The notes beneath the pieces were generated by a model. The model was given only the letters and a program-made list of their open reading frames with translations. It was not told where the DNA came from and ran no database searches. A program made the position numbers and the translations under genes. From Alphaproteobacteria bacterium (GTDB lineage Bacteria; Pseudomonadota; Alphaproteobacteria; GCA-2731375), in NCBI GenBank assembly GCA_965225945.1, contig CBDDBZ010000036.1, forward strand, positions 288,001-352,000: DNA of 64,000 bases. Reading direction: 5' to 3'. Shown one piece after another: positions 31,144 to 41,669 of the stretch. The first letter of the stretch is position 1. The number at the start of each line of letters is the position of its first letter.

Positions 31144-31858
31144 GGTCCTGGAGATGATGGCCGCACTCAAGCTCGCCGGCATGCGCGACGCGTTCGACGA
31201 GGTGCTCGCCGACGGCCTCAAGCGCCAGCATCCGATGCAGCGAATCATCGGCGAGCTGTTGAAGGCCGAGATCGCCGACAAGCAGGCGCGATCCATCAAG
31301 TACCAGATGAGTGGCGCCAAGCTGCCGCTGGCCAAGGAGCTGGCCGACTTCGACTTCACCGACACCCCGGTCAACGAGCCGCTGGTCCGCGAGTTGGCGG
31401 TCGGCGGCTTCCTGGCCAACCAGCGCAACGCCGTGCTGATCGGCGGCACCGGCACCGGCAAGAGCCATCTCGCCGTCGCCATCGCGCGGGCCTGCATCCG
31501 CGATGGCGCCCGGGGCCGCTTCTTCAACGTCGTCGACCTGGTCAACCGGCTCGAGGCCGAAGCCCGCGCCGGCCGCCAGGGCCGGCTCGCCGATCAGCTG
31601 GCCCGGCGCGACCTCGTCATCCTCGACGAGCTCGGCTACCTGCCCTTCGCCCAAACCGGAGGCCAGCTGCTGTTCCACCTCGTCAGCCGGCTCTACGAGC
31701 GCACCTCGATCATCGTCACCACCAACCTGACCTTCGGCGAATGGCCGTCCGTCTTCGGCGACGCCAAGATGACCACCGCGCTCCTCGATCGTCTGACGCA
31801 CCACTGCGAGATCATCGAGACCGGAAACGACTCCTGGCGCTTCAAGAATCGGTCCTAA
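31130..31858 (+). CDS. istB: IS21 helper AAA+ ATPase
   Basis: [17 protein letters not shown] and ALLDRLTHH motifs. Confidence 0.97.
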   Translation: MERHEVLEMMAALKLAGMRDAFDEVLADGLKRQHPMQRIIGELLKAEIADKQARSIKYQMSGAKLPLAKELADFDFTDTPVNEPLVRELAVGGFLANQRNAVLIGGTGTGKSHLAVAIARACIRDGARGRFFNVVDLVNRLEAEARAGRQGRLADQLARRDLVILDELGYLPFAQTGGQLLFHLVSRLYERTSIIVTTNLTFGEWPSVFGDAKMTTALLDRLTHHCEIIETGNDSWRFKNRS

Positions 31859-32061
31859 AGGCAACCGATCCACCTGCCGCCCGGTCGCCCAGGTGGGCCC
31901 ACAGGAACCTCCCACGCGCGGTCCGCCGCCAGCCGCGTGGTGGGCGCGTCGGCCCGCGCGCGGGCCCCTCCTATGGACTACCTGTACGACCTCCGCCGTG
32001 CATCCCCAAAGGGGTCAACATTGCACGCCGATAGGGGGTCAATGTTCAACGCCGATTGACA

Positions 32062-32108
32062 AGGTGGTGTGGGAGGGGCGGCGCCGCGAGGCGCCCCCCT
32101 ATCCCGAT
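32062..32108 (+). ncRNA. Group II intron 3' remnant (3' part of domain V, domain VI, terminal CCGAT)
   Basis: GGTGGTGTGGGAGGGG-C-GGCGCC-GCGA-GGCGCC-CCCCT-A-TCCC-GAT: GNRA-capped D6 with a bulged A at 32101. Confidence 0.8.
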
Positions 32109-32553
32109 CTATGGCTAAAAGTGAGCCTGAAGGCCATGTCGCGTCGACGGGGACTATACCCCCAACTACGGAAGAAGGGACGGGGCCAGCGAGAGGGCGG
32201 ACCTGATCATGCCGATTTGCGGCCCTCCGGTCGCCTTGCTGATGGCCTCGGGAACAGCTCGGGTACACCGGCAAAAATCTGACCCCCGAACGTCGCCGGC
32301 GCTCCGTCATGCATTTCCGGGAAACGCTCGCGGTCTGAGGGCGTCGTACCTCTTGGATGTTGGGTCTTGGTGGGATTTCTACGCAGCCAGCCAGGAACCA
32401 CCCTTGGGTCCCACCCATCGTGCACTCATGGTGCACTCGGAGACGAAAAACCACGATAAATGAGGAAAGTCAGCGATAATCGAATTGACCTAACGCCATG
32501 GATTCATTTGTCGTTGGCTGTCGTGGGCTATCCTGGTGATTCGGTTGAAAAGA

Positions 32554-32600
32554 ATTGTGGATCTGGAGGTCGGCGGTTCGACCCCGCTCACGCGCCCCAA
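32554..32600 (+). repeat. att-like duplication of the tRNA-His 3' half
   Basis: ATTGTGGATCTGGAGGTCGGCGGTTCGACCCCGCTCACGCGCCCCAA versus 29093-29139, 2 mismatches. Confidence 0.92.
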
Positions 32601-32824
32601 CATATCTCGTTGAAATCGTTGAGGGAATAGGCGTTTCCGGCGGTTCTCTAATGTAGAACTAAGAGGGAACAATTCCGAGATTTGTCCGAATTGCGGGGGC
32701 CCCGTTACTTGGATGTTCGCCACCGCACCTGCCGTCGCTCCCGGTGAAACGGTTTGGTCACGATTTGCCTCGATACTGTGGATCGGCGACGCCGGTGTCG
32801 CGCCTCGCCACGAAGCGCCTCGGG

Positions 32825-33265
32825 ATGAATAGCGACATGATGACGAGAGCTTTGGCGTGCTTCGGTCTGATCCTCTTGGTGGCGGGGGTTCCGCCGGCCG
32901 AGCCCCGGGCCTCGGAGGCGCGGGAGGCGGCGGCGCTTCGCGCGGCGCGGGCCTGGCTCGCGACCGTCGACGGTGGGCGCTACGACGAGAGTTTGGACGC
33001 GGCCTCCGGCTTCTTCAAGACCGCCATCACCAAGGCGCATTGGCGCCGAGCCTTGGAGGGGGTGCGGCGACCGCTCGGCAAGGCGAGGGAAAGAACGCTC
33101 AGGGGCAGCACCTATGCGCGCGAATTGCCGGGGGCTCCCGACGGCCACTATGTCGTGATCCAGTTCGCCACCCGCTTCGAGAACAAGCAGGCCGCCGTCG
33201 AGACGATTACGCCGATGCTGGACCAGGACGGAGAGTGGCGGATCGCCGGCTACTTCATCAAATAG
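32825..33265 (+). CDS. DUF4019 domain exported protein
   Basis: AWLATVDGGRY, LPGAPDGHYVVIQF.T.F and WRIAGYFIK motifs. Confidence 0.85.
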   Translation: MNSDMMTRALACFGLILLVAGVPPAEPRASEAREAAALRAARAWLATVDGGRYDESLDAASGFFKTAITKAHWRRALEGVRRPLGKARERTLRGSTYARELPGAPDGHYVVIQFATRFENKQAAVETITPMLDQDGEWRIAGYFIK

Positions 33266-33330
33266 ACGCCCCCGACGGGAAACCACGACGGTTCGTCGGC
33301 GGCGTCAGAGGCCCAGGGAGCCAGAATGCA

Positions 33331-33750
33331 ATGAGACGAATTCAGACGCTATTGCTCGCAGTGTTGATCGCCGGTCATCTCGGCGTCGCGCTGGCCGGCG
33401 AGGCGGTCAGCGTCCGCTCGCTGCCGCCGGTCGTGGTGGCGACCTCGCCCATGGCGGGCGATATCGCCGTCGATCCGGCGACGAGGGAAATCCGCGTCAC
33501 CTTTTCCAAGGAGATGATGACCGAGCAGATGTGGTCCTGGGTCATCCACACCAAGGACACCTTCCCGCAGATCGCCGGCGAGGCGCGCTATCTGGCGGAC
33601 AAGCGGACCAACGTCCTGCCGGTGAAGCTCGAGCCCGGACGGACCTACGCGATCTGGTTCAACTCGCCCAACGGTCGCCACAAAGCCTTCCGCGACAGCG
33701 CCAACAATTCAGCGATGCCCTACCTGCTGGTCTTCCAGACCCGCGAGTAG
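33331..33750 (+). CDS. Exported Ig-like domain protein
   Basis: Signal peptide; PPVVV.TSP..GD..VDP..EIRVTFSK.M and LEPGRTYAIW.N motifs. Confidence 0.8.
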   Translation: MRRIQTLLLAVLIAGHLGVALAGEAVSVRSLPPVVVATSPMAGDIAVDPATREIRVTFSKEMMTEQMWSWVIHTKDTFPQIAGEARYLADKRTNVLPVKLEPGRTYAIWFNSPNGRHKAFRDSANNSAMPYLLVFQTRE

Positions 33751-33782
33751 TGCCCGGTGCGAAAGTGCCTCGCTTCGCTCGG

Positions 33783-34607
33783 TCATAACGCTCGGGACCG
33801 GCCGCTCGGCGCGCCGCGCCCGGCCAGCATTACCGCGATCATGGCACCGGCCGCCGCCGCCAGCAGATGCTTGATGGCGTGGCCGCTGATCGCTTCGCCG
33901 AGCAGCCGGTAGATCTGATGGTCGAGGTTCTCCGTTAGGACGGCGAGGGCATAAAGCCCCGCGCAAAGCGCCAGCGGACGGCCCTGGGGGCGGCGCGCGG
34001 GGAAGAGCAACAGGGTGGCGAGCATGATCGCCACCGGCAGGATCTGCACCGCGAAATAGATCCGGAGGTCGCCGACGCCGGCGCGCTCGCTCAGCGACCA
34101 GATCGTCGTGCAGCCGATCCCGAAGACGAGGGCCGCCGGCAGCAGCCAAGGAACGACCCCGATTCCTATCCGGTCCATGACGATCCCGGTGAAAAGACCC
34201 ATGAAGGCGATCGCCATCGCCGCGCGGTCCCAATAGAGCCGCGCCGTCGTCGGCTCCCCGTGATAGTAGGCGGAGCCGATGGCGACCAGGATCAGGCCGA
34301 GGAAGAAGACCTGCCAGGGCAGCCGTTCCCTCACGCCTTCGAAGAGGCGTTTCGCCCGGGCGGCGAAGACGAAGGCCGAGCCGGCGAGCCCGGCGACGAG
34401 GAAGCCCAGGTTGGAGATGACGTCGCCGAAACGCGCCACGCCCAAGATCACACGGGTGTCGGCGAAGCCGTGATAGCCCGGCGGCTGTGCCACGCGCGGC
34501 GCCAACGAGAGGGCGAGGACGACGAGGGCGCCGAGTGCCGCGAGAATCCAAAGGCGCTTCGAGGCGTCGAGCGCGCGGGCGCGCCGGATCGCCGCCTCGA
34601 GCCTCAT
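33783..34607 (-). CDS. Ceramidase/CREST-like membrane hydrolase
   Basis: YHGFADTR, SNLGF, GSAYYH, WDR and SGHAIKH motifs; ATGA overlap with the upstream gene. Confidence 0.8.
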   Translation of the reverse strand: MRLEAAIRRARALDASKRLWILAALGALVVLALSLAPRVAQPPGYHGFADTRVILGVARFGDVISNLGFLVAGLAGSAFVFAARAKRLFEGVRERLPWQVFFLGLILVAIGSAYYHGEPTTARLYWDRAAMAIAFMGLFTGIVMDRIGIGVVPWLLPAALVFGIGCTTIWSLSERAGVGDLRIYFAVQILPVAIMLATLLLFPARRPQGRPLALCAGLYALAVLTENLDHQIYRLLGEAISGHAIKHLLAAAAGAMIAVMLAGRGAPSGRSRAL

Positions 34608-35464
34608 CCGCCCCCCAGTCCCATTTGCGCCAGCATGGCCTGGGCGAGCGGGCTCTCGGCCTCGCCCATGGAGGCGGTGATGGTGAAGTGGTCCTTGCCC
34701 TCCGGCTCCAGATAGGCGACTTCCAGGCCAGCGCCCCGGCAGAGCTCGGCGTAATCGCGGGACATCTGGATCCAAGCCTCGGTCTCGGCCCCGCCGACGG
34801 CGACGATCACCGGCTGTGATCCCCGCGGCGGATTGAGCATCGGGCTCATGCGCCGGGCCGCCGCGCGGTCCAGGCGAATGTCGTCGTTGACCGAGATGTG
34901 GAGGACCGGCTCCACCTCGTGCACGCCGGTGATCAGCGCCGCGCCCTTGATCAGGTCGGCGGCCAAGCCGTCCGCCGTCCAATCATGGGCGATCGCCAGG
35001 GCCGAGATGTGGCCGCCGGCGGAGCTGCCGGAGATGAAGATCCGCTCCGCGTCACCGTTGAAGGCAGCGATATTGGCGTGCGTCCAGGCAATCGCGCGGC
35101 GGGTCTGGAGGACCAGCTCGTCGAGCGTCACCGTCGGGCAGAGATCGTAATTCGGCAGCACGACGCAAGCGCCTGCGGCGAGGAAGGGTTCCGCCACGAA
35201 GGCGATGTCGGCCTTGTCGCCGCTGCGCCAATAGCCGCCGTGGAAATAAACCTGGACGGCTGCGCCGGGGCTGGCTGCGGGAAAGACGTCGAGGGTTTCC
35301 TTCTCGCCCGGGCCGAAGCGGATATCGAGTTGGTTCGGCCAGCGCTCCCGCGTCGCCTGGCTTTCGAGCGCGCGGGCCGAAATCTTCTCGGCATGGTCGG
35401 GGACGGCGACGCGCGGATTGTATTGCCGTTCCAGTTCCGCCGCCGAAGTGTCGAGATTGGCCAT
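34604..35464 (-). CDS. Alpha/beta hydrolase (arylformamidase-like)
   Basis: HGGYWR, GSSAGGH and DHF motifs. Confidence 0.9.
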   Translation of the reverse strand: MANLDTSAAELERQYNPRVAVPDHAEKISARALESQATRERWPNQLDIRFGPGEKETLDVFPAASPGAAVQVYFHGGYWRSGDKADIAFVAEPFLAAGACVVLPNYDLCPTVTLDELVLQTRRAIAWTHANIAAFNGDAERIFISGSSAGGHISALAIAHDWTADGLAADLIKGAALITGVHEVEPVLHISVNDDIRLDRAAARRMSPMLNPPRGSQPVIVAVGGAETEAWIQMSRDYAELCRGAGLEVAYLEPEGKDHFTITASMGEAESPLAQAMLAQMGLGGG

Positions 35465-35595
35465 GCGTCTCTCCTTGCGAACGCGCCCGAGGCGACCGCC
35501 AATCTAGCAGCGCGTGGGGGCCGCGGAAACGCCCGGATCGTTTCCTCACCTTGGGAAATGCGCTATCAGAGGGCCGATCTGGAAAGAGACACGGC

Positions 35596-36456
35596 ATGGC
35601 AATCGACGAGGCGGCGCTCCGCCGCCATATCGGCACCAAGTTGGTCACCCACGACGTGGCCACGGCCTATCCCCTGAAGGCGCTGGCGGCGATGCTCGAT
35701 CGCGACGAGCCCGCGCCCGAGGAGGGGACCGAGGTGCCGCCCGGCTGGCACGGCCTCTTCTTCCTGGCGACGGACGGCCCCGAGAGCCTGGGCCCGGACG
35801 GCCTGGCCACGGGAGCCGGCGTGCTGCCGAAAATGCCGTTTCCCCGCCGCATGTTCGCCGGCGAACGCTTGCGTTTCCACCGCCCGATCCGGGTCGGCGA
35901 TCCGTTGACCCGCGAGACCGAACTGCTCGACATCACGATCAAGCAGGGGCGGACGGGAACGCTGGGCTTCACCACGCAGATCCATCGCATCTCCGGGCCC
36001 GACGGCCTCTGCGTCGAGGAGGAGCGCGACGGCGTCTTCCGCGAGGAGGTGCCGGCGGGCGCGGGCAATCCCTCGACCCGGCGCGAGACGCCGCCGGAGG
36101 ACGTCGCCTGGCGGCGCGAGGTCACCATGGACACGGTGACGCTCTTTCGCTATTCGGCGCTGACCTCCAACGGCCACCGGATTCACTACGACCGCACCTA
36201 CGCGACGGAGGTCGAAGGCTATCCGGGGCTCGTGGTGCATGGCCCGCTGCTCTCGACCCTGCTGCACGACTTCGCGCGGGACAACAATCCGGGCCGCGTC
36301 TTCGCCAGCTTCCACATGCGGGCCAGGGCGCCGCTCTTCGACGTGGCGCCGTTCACGCTGTTCGGCGGGCCGAACGAGGCGGACGATGGCTGCGAGCTCT
36401 GGGCGGTGGGGCCGGAGGGCACGGTGGCGATGAGCGCAGGCGTCGCCTTCGCCTGA
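35596..36456 (+). CDS. FAS1-like double hot-dog dehydratase (mesaconyl-/itaconyl-CoA hydratase-like)
   Basis: PRRMFAG and LFRYSALT.NGHRIHYD..Y...EGYPGLVVHGPL motifs. Confidence 0.88.
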   Translation: MAIDEAALRRHIGTKLVTHDVATAYPLKALAAMLDRDEPAPEEGTEVPPGWHGLFFLATDGPESLGPDGLATGAGVLPKMPFPRRMFAGERLRFHRPIRVGDPLTRETELLDITIKQGRTGTLGFTTQIHRISGPDGLCVEEERDGVFREEVPAGAGNPSTRRETPPEDVAWRREVTMDTVTLFRYSALTSNGHRIHYDRTYATEVEGYPGLVVHGPLLSTLLHDFARDNNPGRVFASFHMRARAPLFDVAPFTLFGGPNEADDGCELWAVGPEGTVAMSAGVAFA

Positions 36457-36482
36457 GGGGCCGGCCGTGGGGACTTATCGAA

Positions 36483-37556
36483 TTAGACTCCGAAGCCGTC
36501 GGTGGGCCTGTGCTCGCGGGGCCGCGCGAGCGAATCGAGGGTGACCAGCCAGGCGGTGAGCAGCAGCAGCGCGCCCGCCTGATGAGCCACGCCGAGGCTC
36601 GTCGGCACCATGTGCACCAGGGCCACGACGCCGAGGACGAATTGCAGCAACACCGCGGCAAGCAACCAATGGGCGGCCCGCCGGGCGGCCCGGCCGGCCC
36701 GCCGGCAGCGCCAAACGAGGGCCCCCACCAGCACCACCACGGCCATCGCGCCGACGCGATGGTTGAATTGAACCGTGGTTGCATTCTCGAAATGGTTCAA
36801 CCACCAGGGTTGCAGATCAAACAGTTCCTCGGGCACCCAGGCACCGGTCATGGTCGGGAAGGTGTTATGGAGGAGGCCCGCGTCGAGCCCGGCGACAAGC
36901 GCGCCGGATACCGCCTGGACCAGTACCGCCAAGCCGACCAGGAGGGCGAACCAGGGGCGGGGCGGCGCCCGCTCCCGCGCGCCGACATCGCCCAGACCCA
37001 GGGCGAGCCACAAAATACAGAGGTAGATCACCAAGGCCAGCGACAGATGCGTGGCCAGGCGATATTGGCTGACCTCGGGATCCTCGACCAGGCCGCTCTT
37101 CACCATCCACCAGCCGACCAGTCCCTGCACTCCGCCCAGCAGAAGGACGCCCAGCAGGCGAAGCGCCAAGGGCCGCTCCAGCCGTCGACGCGCCAGGTTC
37201 CACGCGAAGGGCAGGAAGAAGACGAGGGCAATACCTCGCCCGAGCAGGCGATGGGCATATTCGAACCAGAAGATGGTCTTGAATTCAGCCAGACTCATGC
37301 CGCGATTGATCGCCCGGTATTCGGGATAGGACTGGTATTGCCGGAAGAGGTCCTGCCACGCCGCTTCGCCCAGCGGCGGAATCGCCCCCATCAGCGGCCG
37401 CCAGTCGACCATGGATAGGCCCGATTGGGTCAATCGCGTGGCCCCGCCGAGCAGCACCATGGCGAAGACCAGCGCGGCGACGATGTAAAGCCAGCCGGCG
37501 ATAGCGGGCCTGGGTGCCCTGGCGCCTCCCGCCGCCTCGATCGTCCCACTGACCAC
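36483..37556 (-). CDS. ctaA: Heme A synthase (COX15/CtaA)
   Basis: GGATRLTQSGLS, EYAHRLLGR, GWWMVKSGL and HR motifs. Confidence 0.95.
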   Translation of the reverse strand: MVSGTIEAAGGARAPRPAIAGWLYIVAALVFAMVLLGGATRLTQSGLSMVDWRPLMGAIPPLGEAAWQDLFRQYQSYPEYRAINRGMSLAEFKTIFWFEYAHRLLGRGIALVFFLPFAWNLARRRLERPLALRLLGVLLLGGVQGLVGWWMVKSGLVEDPEVSQYRLATHLSLALVIYLCILWLALGLGDVGARERAPPRPWFALLVGLAVLVQAVSGALVAGLDAGLLHNTFPTMTGAWVPEELFDLQPWWLNHFENATTVQFNHRVGAMAVVVLVGALVWRCRRAGRAARRAAHWLLAAVLLQFVLGVVALVHMVPTSLGVAHQAGALLLLTAWLVTLDSLARPREHRPTDGFGV

Positions 37557-37650
37557 GGAGCCCTCGCTTTCGCTTCGAATTGAACCAATAAACGACTTTA
37601 GATATATTATATATCATGTTGAAAATATTATAAAATCATCTGAGTTTTGG

Positions 37651-37690
37651 AAACGAAACCGGAAGGGGGACCGGCGCTTGCCGATCCCCC
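37651..37690 (-). terminator. Intrinsic terminator downstream of tRNA-Pro
   Basis: GGGGGATCGGC-AAGC-GCCGGTCCCCC followed by TTCCGGTTTCGTTT on the minus strand. Confidence 0.6.
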
Positions 37691-37694
37691 TGGT

Positions 37695-37771
37695 TGGTCG
37701 GAGCGGCGGGACTCGAACCCACGACCTCCAGCTCCCCATGCTGGCGCGCTACCAGGCTGCGCCACGCTCCG
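37695..37771 (-). tRNA. tRNA-Pro (GGG)
   Basis: CGGAGCG...CGCTCCG-ACCA; anticodon arm CCAGC-ATGGGGA-GCTGG; conserved position after ihfA-merR. Confidence 0.96.
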
Positions 37772-37844
37772 CCAGATCCGCCTCCGCGGATGGCGCGAAT
37801 ATAGTGAGGTCGCGGTCGCGGAGCAACGCCGTCGGGTCGCGCCG

Positions 37845-38288
37845 TCAGGTTAATGACCGCAACATCCGGGCGATGCCGCTCAGTTCGGCCAGCAGCGTGG
37901 TCAGGCGTTGGTGCGAGGCCTCGTCCAGGGTTGGCCGATCCTCGCCGCCTTCGTCCTCCGCCGCCAGGCCGGCGGGACGTCCCTGTTGCGCCGCCAACAC
38001 CAGCTCGCGCGCGCCATGGGCCCGGAGCAACTTCCGCACTCCCTTGATGGTATAGCCTTCGGTATAGAGGAAATGCTGGATGGATCGCAGCAGCTCGACG
38101 TCTTCCGGTCGGTAGTAGCGGCGCCCACCGCCCCGTTTCAGGGGCCGAATTTGGGTGAATTTGCTTTCCCAGAACCGGAGCACGTGCTGCGGCACCTCCA
38201 GTTCGCCCGCGACCTCGCTGATGGTCCGAAAGGCCGTCGCCGACTTGCCGCCGCGTCGCGCGCCCGCCGCTGAATTCGCCTCGGCCAT
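37845..38288 (-). CDS. MerR family transcriptional regulator
   Basis: [19 protein letters not shown] and [13 protein letters not shown] motifs. Confidence 0.93.
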   Translation of the reverse strand: MAEANSAAGARRGGKSATAFRTISEVAGELEVPQHVLRFWESKFTQIRPLKRGGGRRYYRPEDVELLRSIQHFLYTEGYTIKGVRKLLRAHGARELVLAAQQGRPAGLAAEDEGGEDRPTLDEASHQRLTTLLAELSGIARMLRSLT

Positions 38289-38298
38289 CTAGCTTCGC

Positions 38299-38607
38299 TC
38301 AACCCCCACTCGAGAGCGATATATCGACCTGGTCCTTGAGGACATGGCTCGGCCGGAACACCAGGACGCGACGGGGGGAAATCGGCACTTCCTCGCCGGT
38401 TTTCGGATTGCGGCCCATGCGCCCGCCCTTGTGGCGCACGACGAAGCTGCCGAAAGACGAGATCTTCACGCTCTCGCCGCCAACCAGACTGCCGACGATG
38501 TGCTCCAGCACGGCCTCGACGAGCTGCGCCGATTCGTTGCGTGACAGGCCGACCTCCTGGTAGACCGCCTCGCTGAGCTGAGCCCGCGTAACCGTATTGC
38601 CCACCAT
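38299..38607 (-). CDS. ihfA: Integration host factor alpha
   Basis: VKISSFGSF and [16 protein letters not shown] motifs; synteny. Confidence 0.96.
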   Translation of the reverse strand: MVGNTVTRAQLSEAVYQEVGLSRNESAQLVEAVLEHIVGSLVGGESVKISSFGSFVVRHKGGRMGRNPKTGEEVPISPRRVLVFRPSHVLKDQVDISLSSGG

Positions 38608-38715
38608 GACGACGTCCCTCTCCAACTTCGAGGGGAGGTTAAAGCCCGGTCGAAAATGCGTCAATGTTCAACGGGATAAAATCGTCAGTTGAAGTGGCCT
38701 AGGAGCCCCCTGGGG

Positions 38716-39699
38716 CTACCAACGGGCCAAGGCAGCACCCCAGGTGAAGCCGCCCCCCATCGCTTCCATGAGCACCAGATCGCCTTGCTGGATGCGCCCG
38801 TCGCCGACCGCTTCGCTCAAGGCGAGCGGGACCGAGGCGGCGGAGGTGTTGCCGTGGTGATCCACCGTCAAGACGATTTTTTCCGGCGCCAGCCCGAGCC
38901 TGCGCGCGGTGTTGTCGATAATCCGCTTGTTCGCCTGATGCGGCACCAGCCAATCGATGTCCTCGGCCGTGAGGTCGTTCGCGGCCAGGGTTTCCTCGAT
39001 CACCTTGGAAAGGTTCAAAACCGCGTGGCGGAACACCTCGCGACCCTTCATCCTGAGGTAGCCCGTGGTCCGCGTCGAGGACGGGCCGCCGTCGACGTAG
39101 AGCGAATCGTGATAGCGCCCGTCGGCGTGGAGGTGGGTGGAGAGCACACCGCGCTCGACCGCCGCGCCGTCGCTCTCAACCCCCTCGATCACCACCGCGC
39201 CTGCCCCGTCGCCGAACAACACGCAGGTCCCCCGGTCCTCCCAATCGAGGATCCGGGAGAAGGTCTCGGCGCCGATCACCAGGGCGCGCTTCGACTGTCC
39301 CACCTTGATGAAATTGTCCGCCACGGCGAGCGCATAGATGAAACCGGTGCAGACGGCCTGGACGTCGAACGCGACGCCGCCATTGATGCCGAGACGCGCC
39401 TGGACGACGGTCGCCGTGGCTGGAAAGGTCTGATCGGGGGTCGAGGTCGCCAAAACGATGAGGTCGATGTCGCTGGGCGACATTTCCGCCGCCGCCAAGG
39501 CGCCATTTGCGGCGGCACAGGCCAAATCAGACGTCATCTCGCCCTCGGCGGCGATATGGCGCTGGCGGATCCCGGTCCGCTCGACGATCCACTCGTCGCT
39601 GGTGTCCACGGTTCGGGCCAGCTCGTCGTTCGTGAGGGCGCGGCTCGGCAAGTAGGCGCCGCAACCGCGAACAACGCTTCGAGGTAAGCTCATGGTCAA
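38716..39699 (-). CDS. fabH: Beta-ketoacyl-ACP synthase III
   Basis: AVCTGF, PHQAN and HGNTSAAS motifs. Confidence 0.97.
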   Translation of the reverse strand: MTMSLPRSVVRGCGAYLPSRALTNDELARTVDTSDEWIVERTGIRQRHIAAEGEMTSDLACAAANGALAAAEMSPSDIDLIVLATSTPDQTFPATATVVQARLGINGGVAFDVQAVCTGFIYALAVADNFIKVGQSKRALVIGAETFSRILDWEDRGTCVLFGDGAGAVVIEGVESDGAAVERGVLSTHLHADGRYHDSLYVDGGPSSTRTTGYLRMKGREVFRHAVLNLSKVIEETLAANDLTAEDIDWLVPHQANKRIIDNTARRLGLAPEKIVLTVDHHGNTSAASVPLALSEAVGDGRIQQGDLVLMEAMGGGFTWGAALARW

Positions 39700-40745
39700 C
39701 TCGCCGCCGCTTTTGCCGGCGGCTCGCGCGACCCGCCGAAGCGCCGGTAATCCTCGATGATGTGATCGTTCACGCGGTCACGGGCCATGTCGGCGGCGAC
39801 GCCGATCGCGGCGGCGAAGCCGGTCTCGTCGGCCCCGCCGTGGCTCTTCACGCTGATCCCGTTCAGGCCCAGGAAGACACCACCGTTGTGGGTCCTGGGA
39901 TCGAGCCTGTCGCGCATCGCGCGGAGCGCCGGTTTCGCCAATAGATAGCTGAGGCGCGTCAGCAGGGATTGGCCAAACGCCAGCCGCAAATAATGGGTAT
40001 AGAGCTTGGCGCTGCCTTCCGCCGTCTTGAGGGCGATATTGCCGGTGAAACCGTCGGTCACGACCACGTCCGTGGTGCCCTTGGTGATGTCGTCGCCCTC
40101 GATGAAGCCGTGGAACTCGAGCGGCAACTCGGCGCTTCGCAACATCTGCGCGGCGAGACGCACGGTGTCGTTGCCCTTGACTTCCTCCTCGCCGACGTTC
40201 AGCAGGCCGACCGTCGGCCGGGGCTGGCCGAGCACGGTGCGCGCGAAGGCGGCCCCCATGACCGCGAACTGCACCAGGTTGTTGGCGTCACAGTCGATGT
40301 TGGCGCCGAGGTCGAGCACGACGGATCCGCCCCTCAGGGTCGGAAAGACCGCCGCGATCGCCGGTCGCTCGATGCCGGGAAGCGTGCGCAGGACCACCTT
40401 CGATATTGCCATCAAGGCGCCCGTGTTGCCGCCCGAAACGACGCCGCGCGCCTCGCCCTCCGCCACCGCGTCGACGGCGAGGCGCATGCTGGTGTCGTGC
40501 CCTCTGCGAAGCGCCTGTCCAGCCTTGTCGTCCGGGCCCACTTGACCGGGCGCATGGCGAATTTCGGCCACCGATGACAGTGTCCCCATGCCCCCCATGA
40601 GCGCTTCGAGCCGTGTCTCGTCGCCAAAGATCAGAAACCGGATATCGCGATGTCGCTCGCTCACCAATCGCGCGCCGTCCAGAACACTTGACGGCGCATG
40701 GTCGCCGCCCATGGCGTCGAGCGCGATGATGATGGAGGACGACAT
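39696..40745 (-). CDS. plsX: Phosphate acyltransferase
   Basis: [21 protein letters not shown] and KSHG motifs. Confidence 0.97.
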   Translation of the reverse strand: MSSSIIIALDAMGGDHAPSSVLDGARLVSERHRDIRFLIFGDETRLEALMGGMGTLSSVAEIRHAPGQVGPDDKAGQALRRGHDTSMRLAVDAVAEGEARGVVSGGNTGALMAISKVVLRTLPGIERPAIAAVFPTLRGGSVVLDLGANIDCDANNLVQFAVMGAAFARTVLGQPRPTVGLLNVGEEEVKGNDTVRLAAQMLRSAELPLEFHGFIEGDDITKGTTDVVVTDGFTGNIALKTAEGSAKLYTHYLRLAFGQSLLTRLSYLLAKPALRAMRDRLDPRTHNGGVFLGLNGISVKSHGGADETGFAAAIGVAADMARDRVNDHIIEDYRRFGGSREPPAKAAAS

Positions 40746-40775
40746 GCTGGCCGCTCCTGGTCGACCAAACCGAAA

Positions 40776-40958
40776 CTATGCGGCCGCGGTCTCGAGGACC
40801 TCGCGGTCGTCGTAGTGGCCGCACTTCGCGCAGACGTGATGCGGCCGCTTCAACTCACCGCAGTTGCCACATTCGTGATGGACCGACGATGCGAGCGCGT
40901 CGTGCGCGCGTCGCTTGTTGCGCCGGGACGGTGACACCTTCTTCTTGGGTACGGCCAT
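40776..40958 (-). CDS. rpmF: 50S ribosomal protein L32
   Basis: MAVPKKKVS...[18 protein letters not shown]. Confidence 0.97.
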   Translation of the reverse strand: MAVPKKKVSPSRRNKRRAHDALASSVHHECGNCGELKRPHHVCAKCGHYDDREVLETAAA

Positions 40959-41018
40959 CCTTCTAACCTTCGATCATCGGGCGGATCGTCCGGGTGGTCC
41001 GATCCGCCGCGTTTCGTT

Positions 41019-41591
41019 TCACCGCCCGTCCCGCAGCCGCGCGAGCGACGCAAACGGATGATCCCCGCCCGGAGGATCGCTCTCGTCGTCCACCAACCCC
41101 ATGACCTCGCCCGCCACATCGCCGGCGCGCGGGTATGGATCGATCACCGTCGCCAAGTGCTGCGCCACGGACTCGCCGATTTCGATAAATCCATCGACCA
41201 GCGCTTCCGGCGGATCCGCATCCGAGACGTCGAATTCGACCTCTTCATCGTCATTCGTCGCGTCCGCCGCGGCGAATTCGACGCTGAAGGTCTCGGAAAG
41301 TTCCGTGGCCACCGGCTCCAAGGTGACGACGCACAACTGTAACACACTGACTTCGAATGTCACCTCGACTCGAACCCGGTCCTCGGCGCGGCGAACCAGC
41401 CGTGCCGAACCCGCCAAGCGCTCGACGCCCTCGAGCGCGAAGCGCCGGGCGAGCGCGGCGCATTCCGGCTCCGTGGCTCGAAATTCCAACCGCGAGCCTT
41501 CGTCTTCGACGCCATCGAAGGCGCACCGGCGGCTGAACTCCAGCGTCTCGGGTTCGTTGTGCTCGAGTGCGACCACGGGGGTTCTCGTCAT
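41019..41591 (-). CDS. DUF177/YceD family protein
   Basis: CVVTLEPV, DPYPR and HPFASL motifs; upstream of rpmF. Confidence 0.88.
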   Translation of the reverse strand: MTRTPVVALEHNEPETLEFSRRCAFDGVEDEGSRLEFRATEPECAALARRFALEGVERLAGSARLVRRAEDRVRVEVTFEVSVLQLCVVTLEPVATELSETFSVEFAAADATNDDEEVEFDVSDADPPEALVDGFIEIGESVAQHLATVIDPYPRAGDVAGEVMGLVDDESDPPGGDHPFASLARLRDGR

Positions 41592-41669
41592 TGCGTCGGC
41601 GATCAGGGTCGGCGGTCGAAAGGGATGAGGCCGGCCGTCGCCGGCGCGCGGAACATAGGGCCGAGACCG

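Larger units (their letters stand above)
29517..32061 (+). mobile_element. IS21-family insertion sequence
   Basis: TG...CA ends with repeated CGGCGT..AA..TTGACCCC motifs; istA-istB pair; flanks show no TSD. Confidence 0.95.

Noticed and set aside
32554-32600. Second tRNA-His gene
   Set aside because: It lacks the 5' acceptor strand and D arm; it is an att duplication
37575-37650. FNR box upstream of ctaA
   Set aside because: AT-rich with a short dyad, but no convincing TTGAT-N4-ATCAA match
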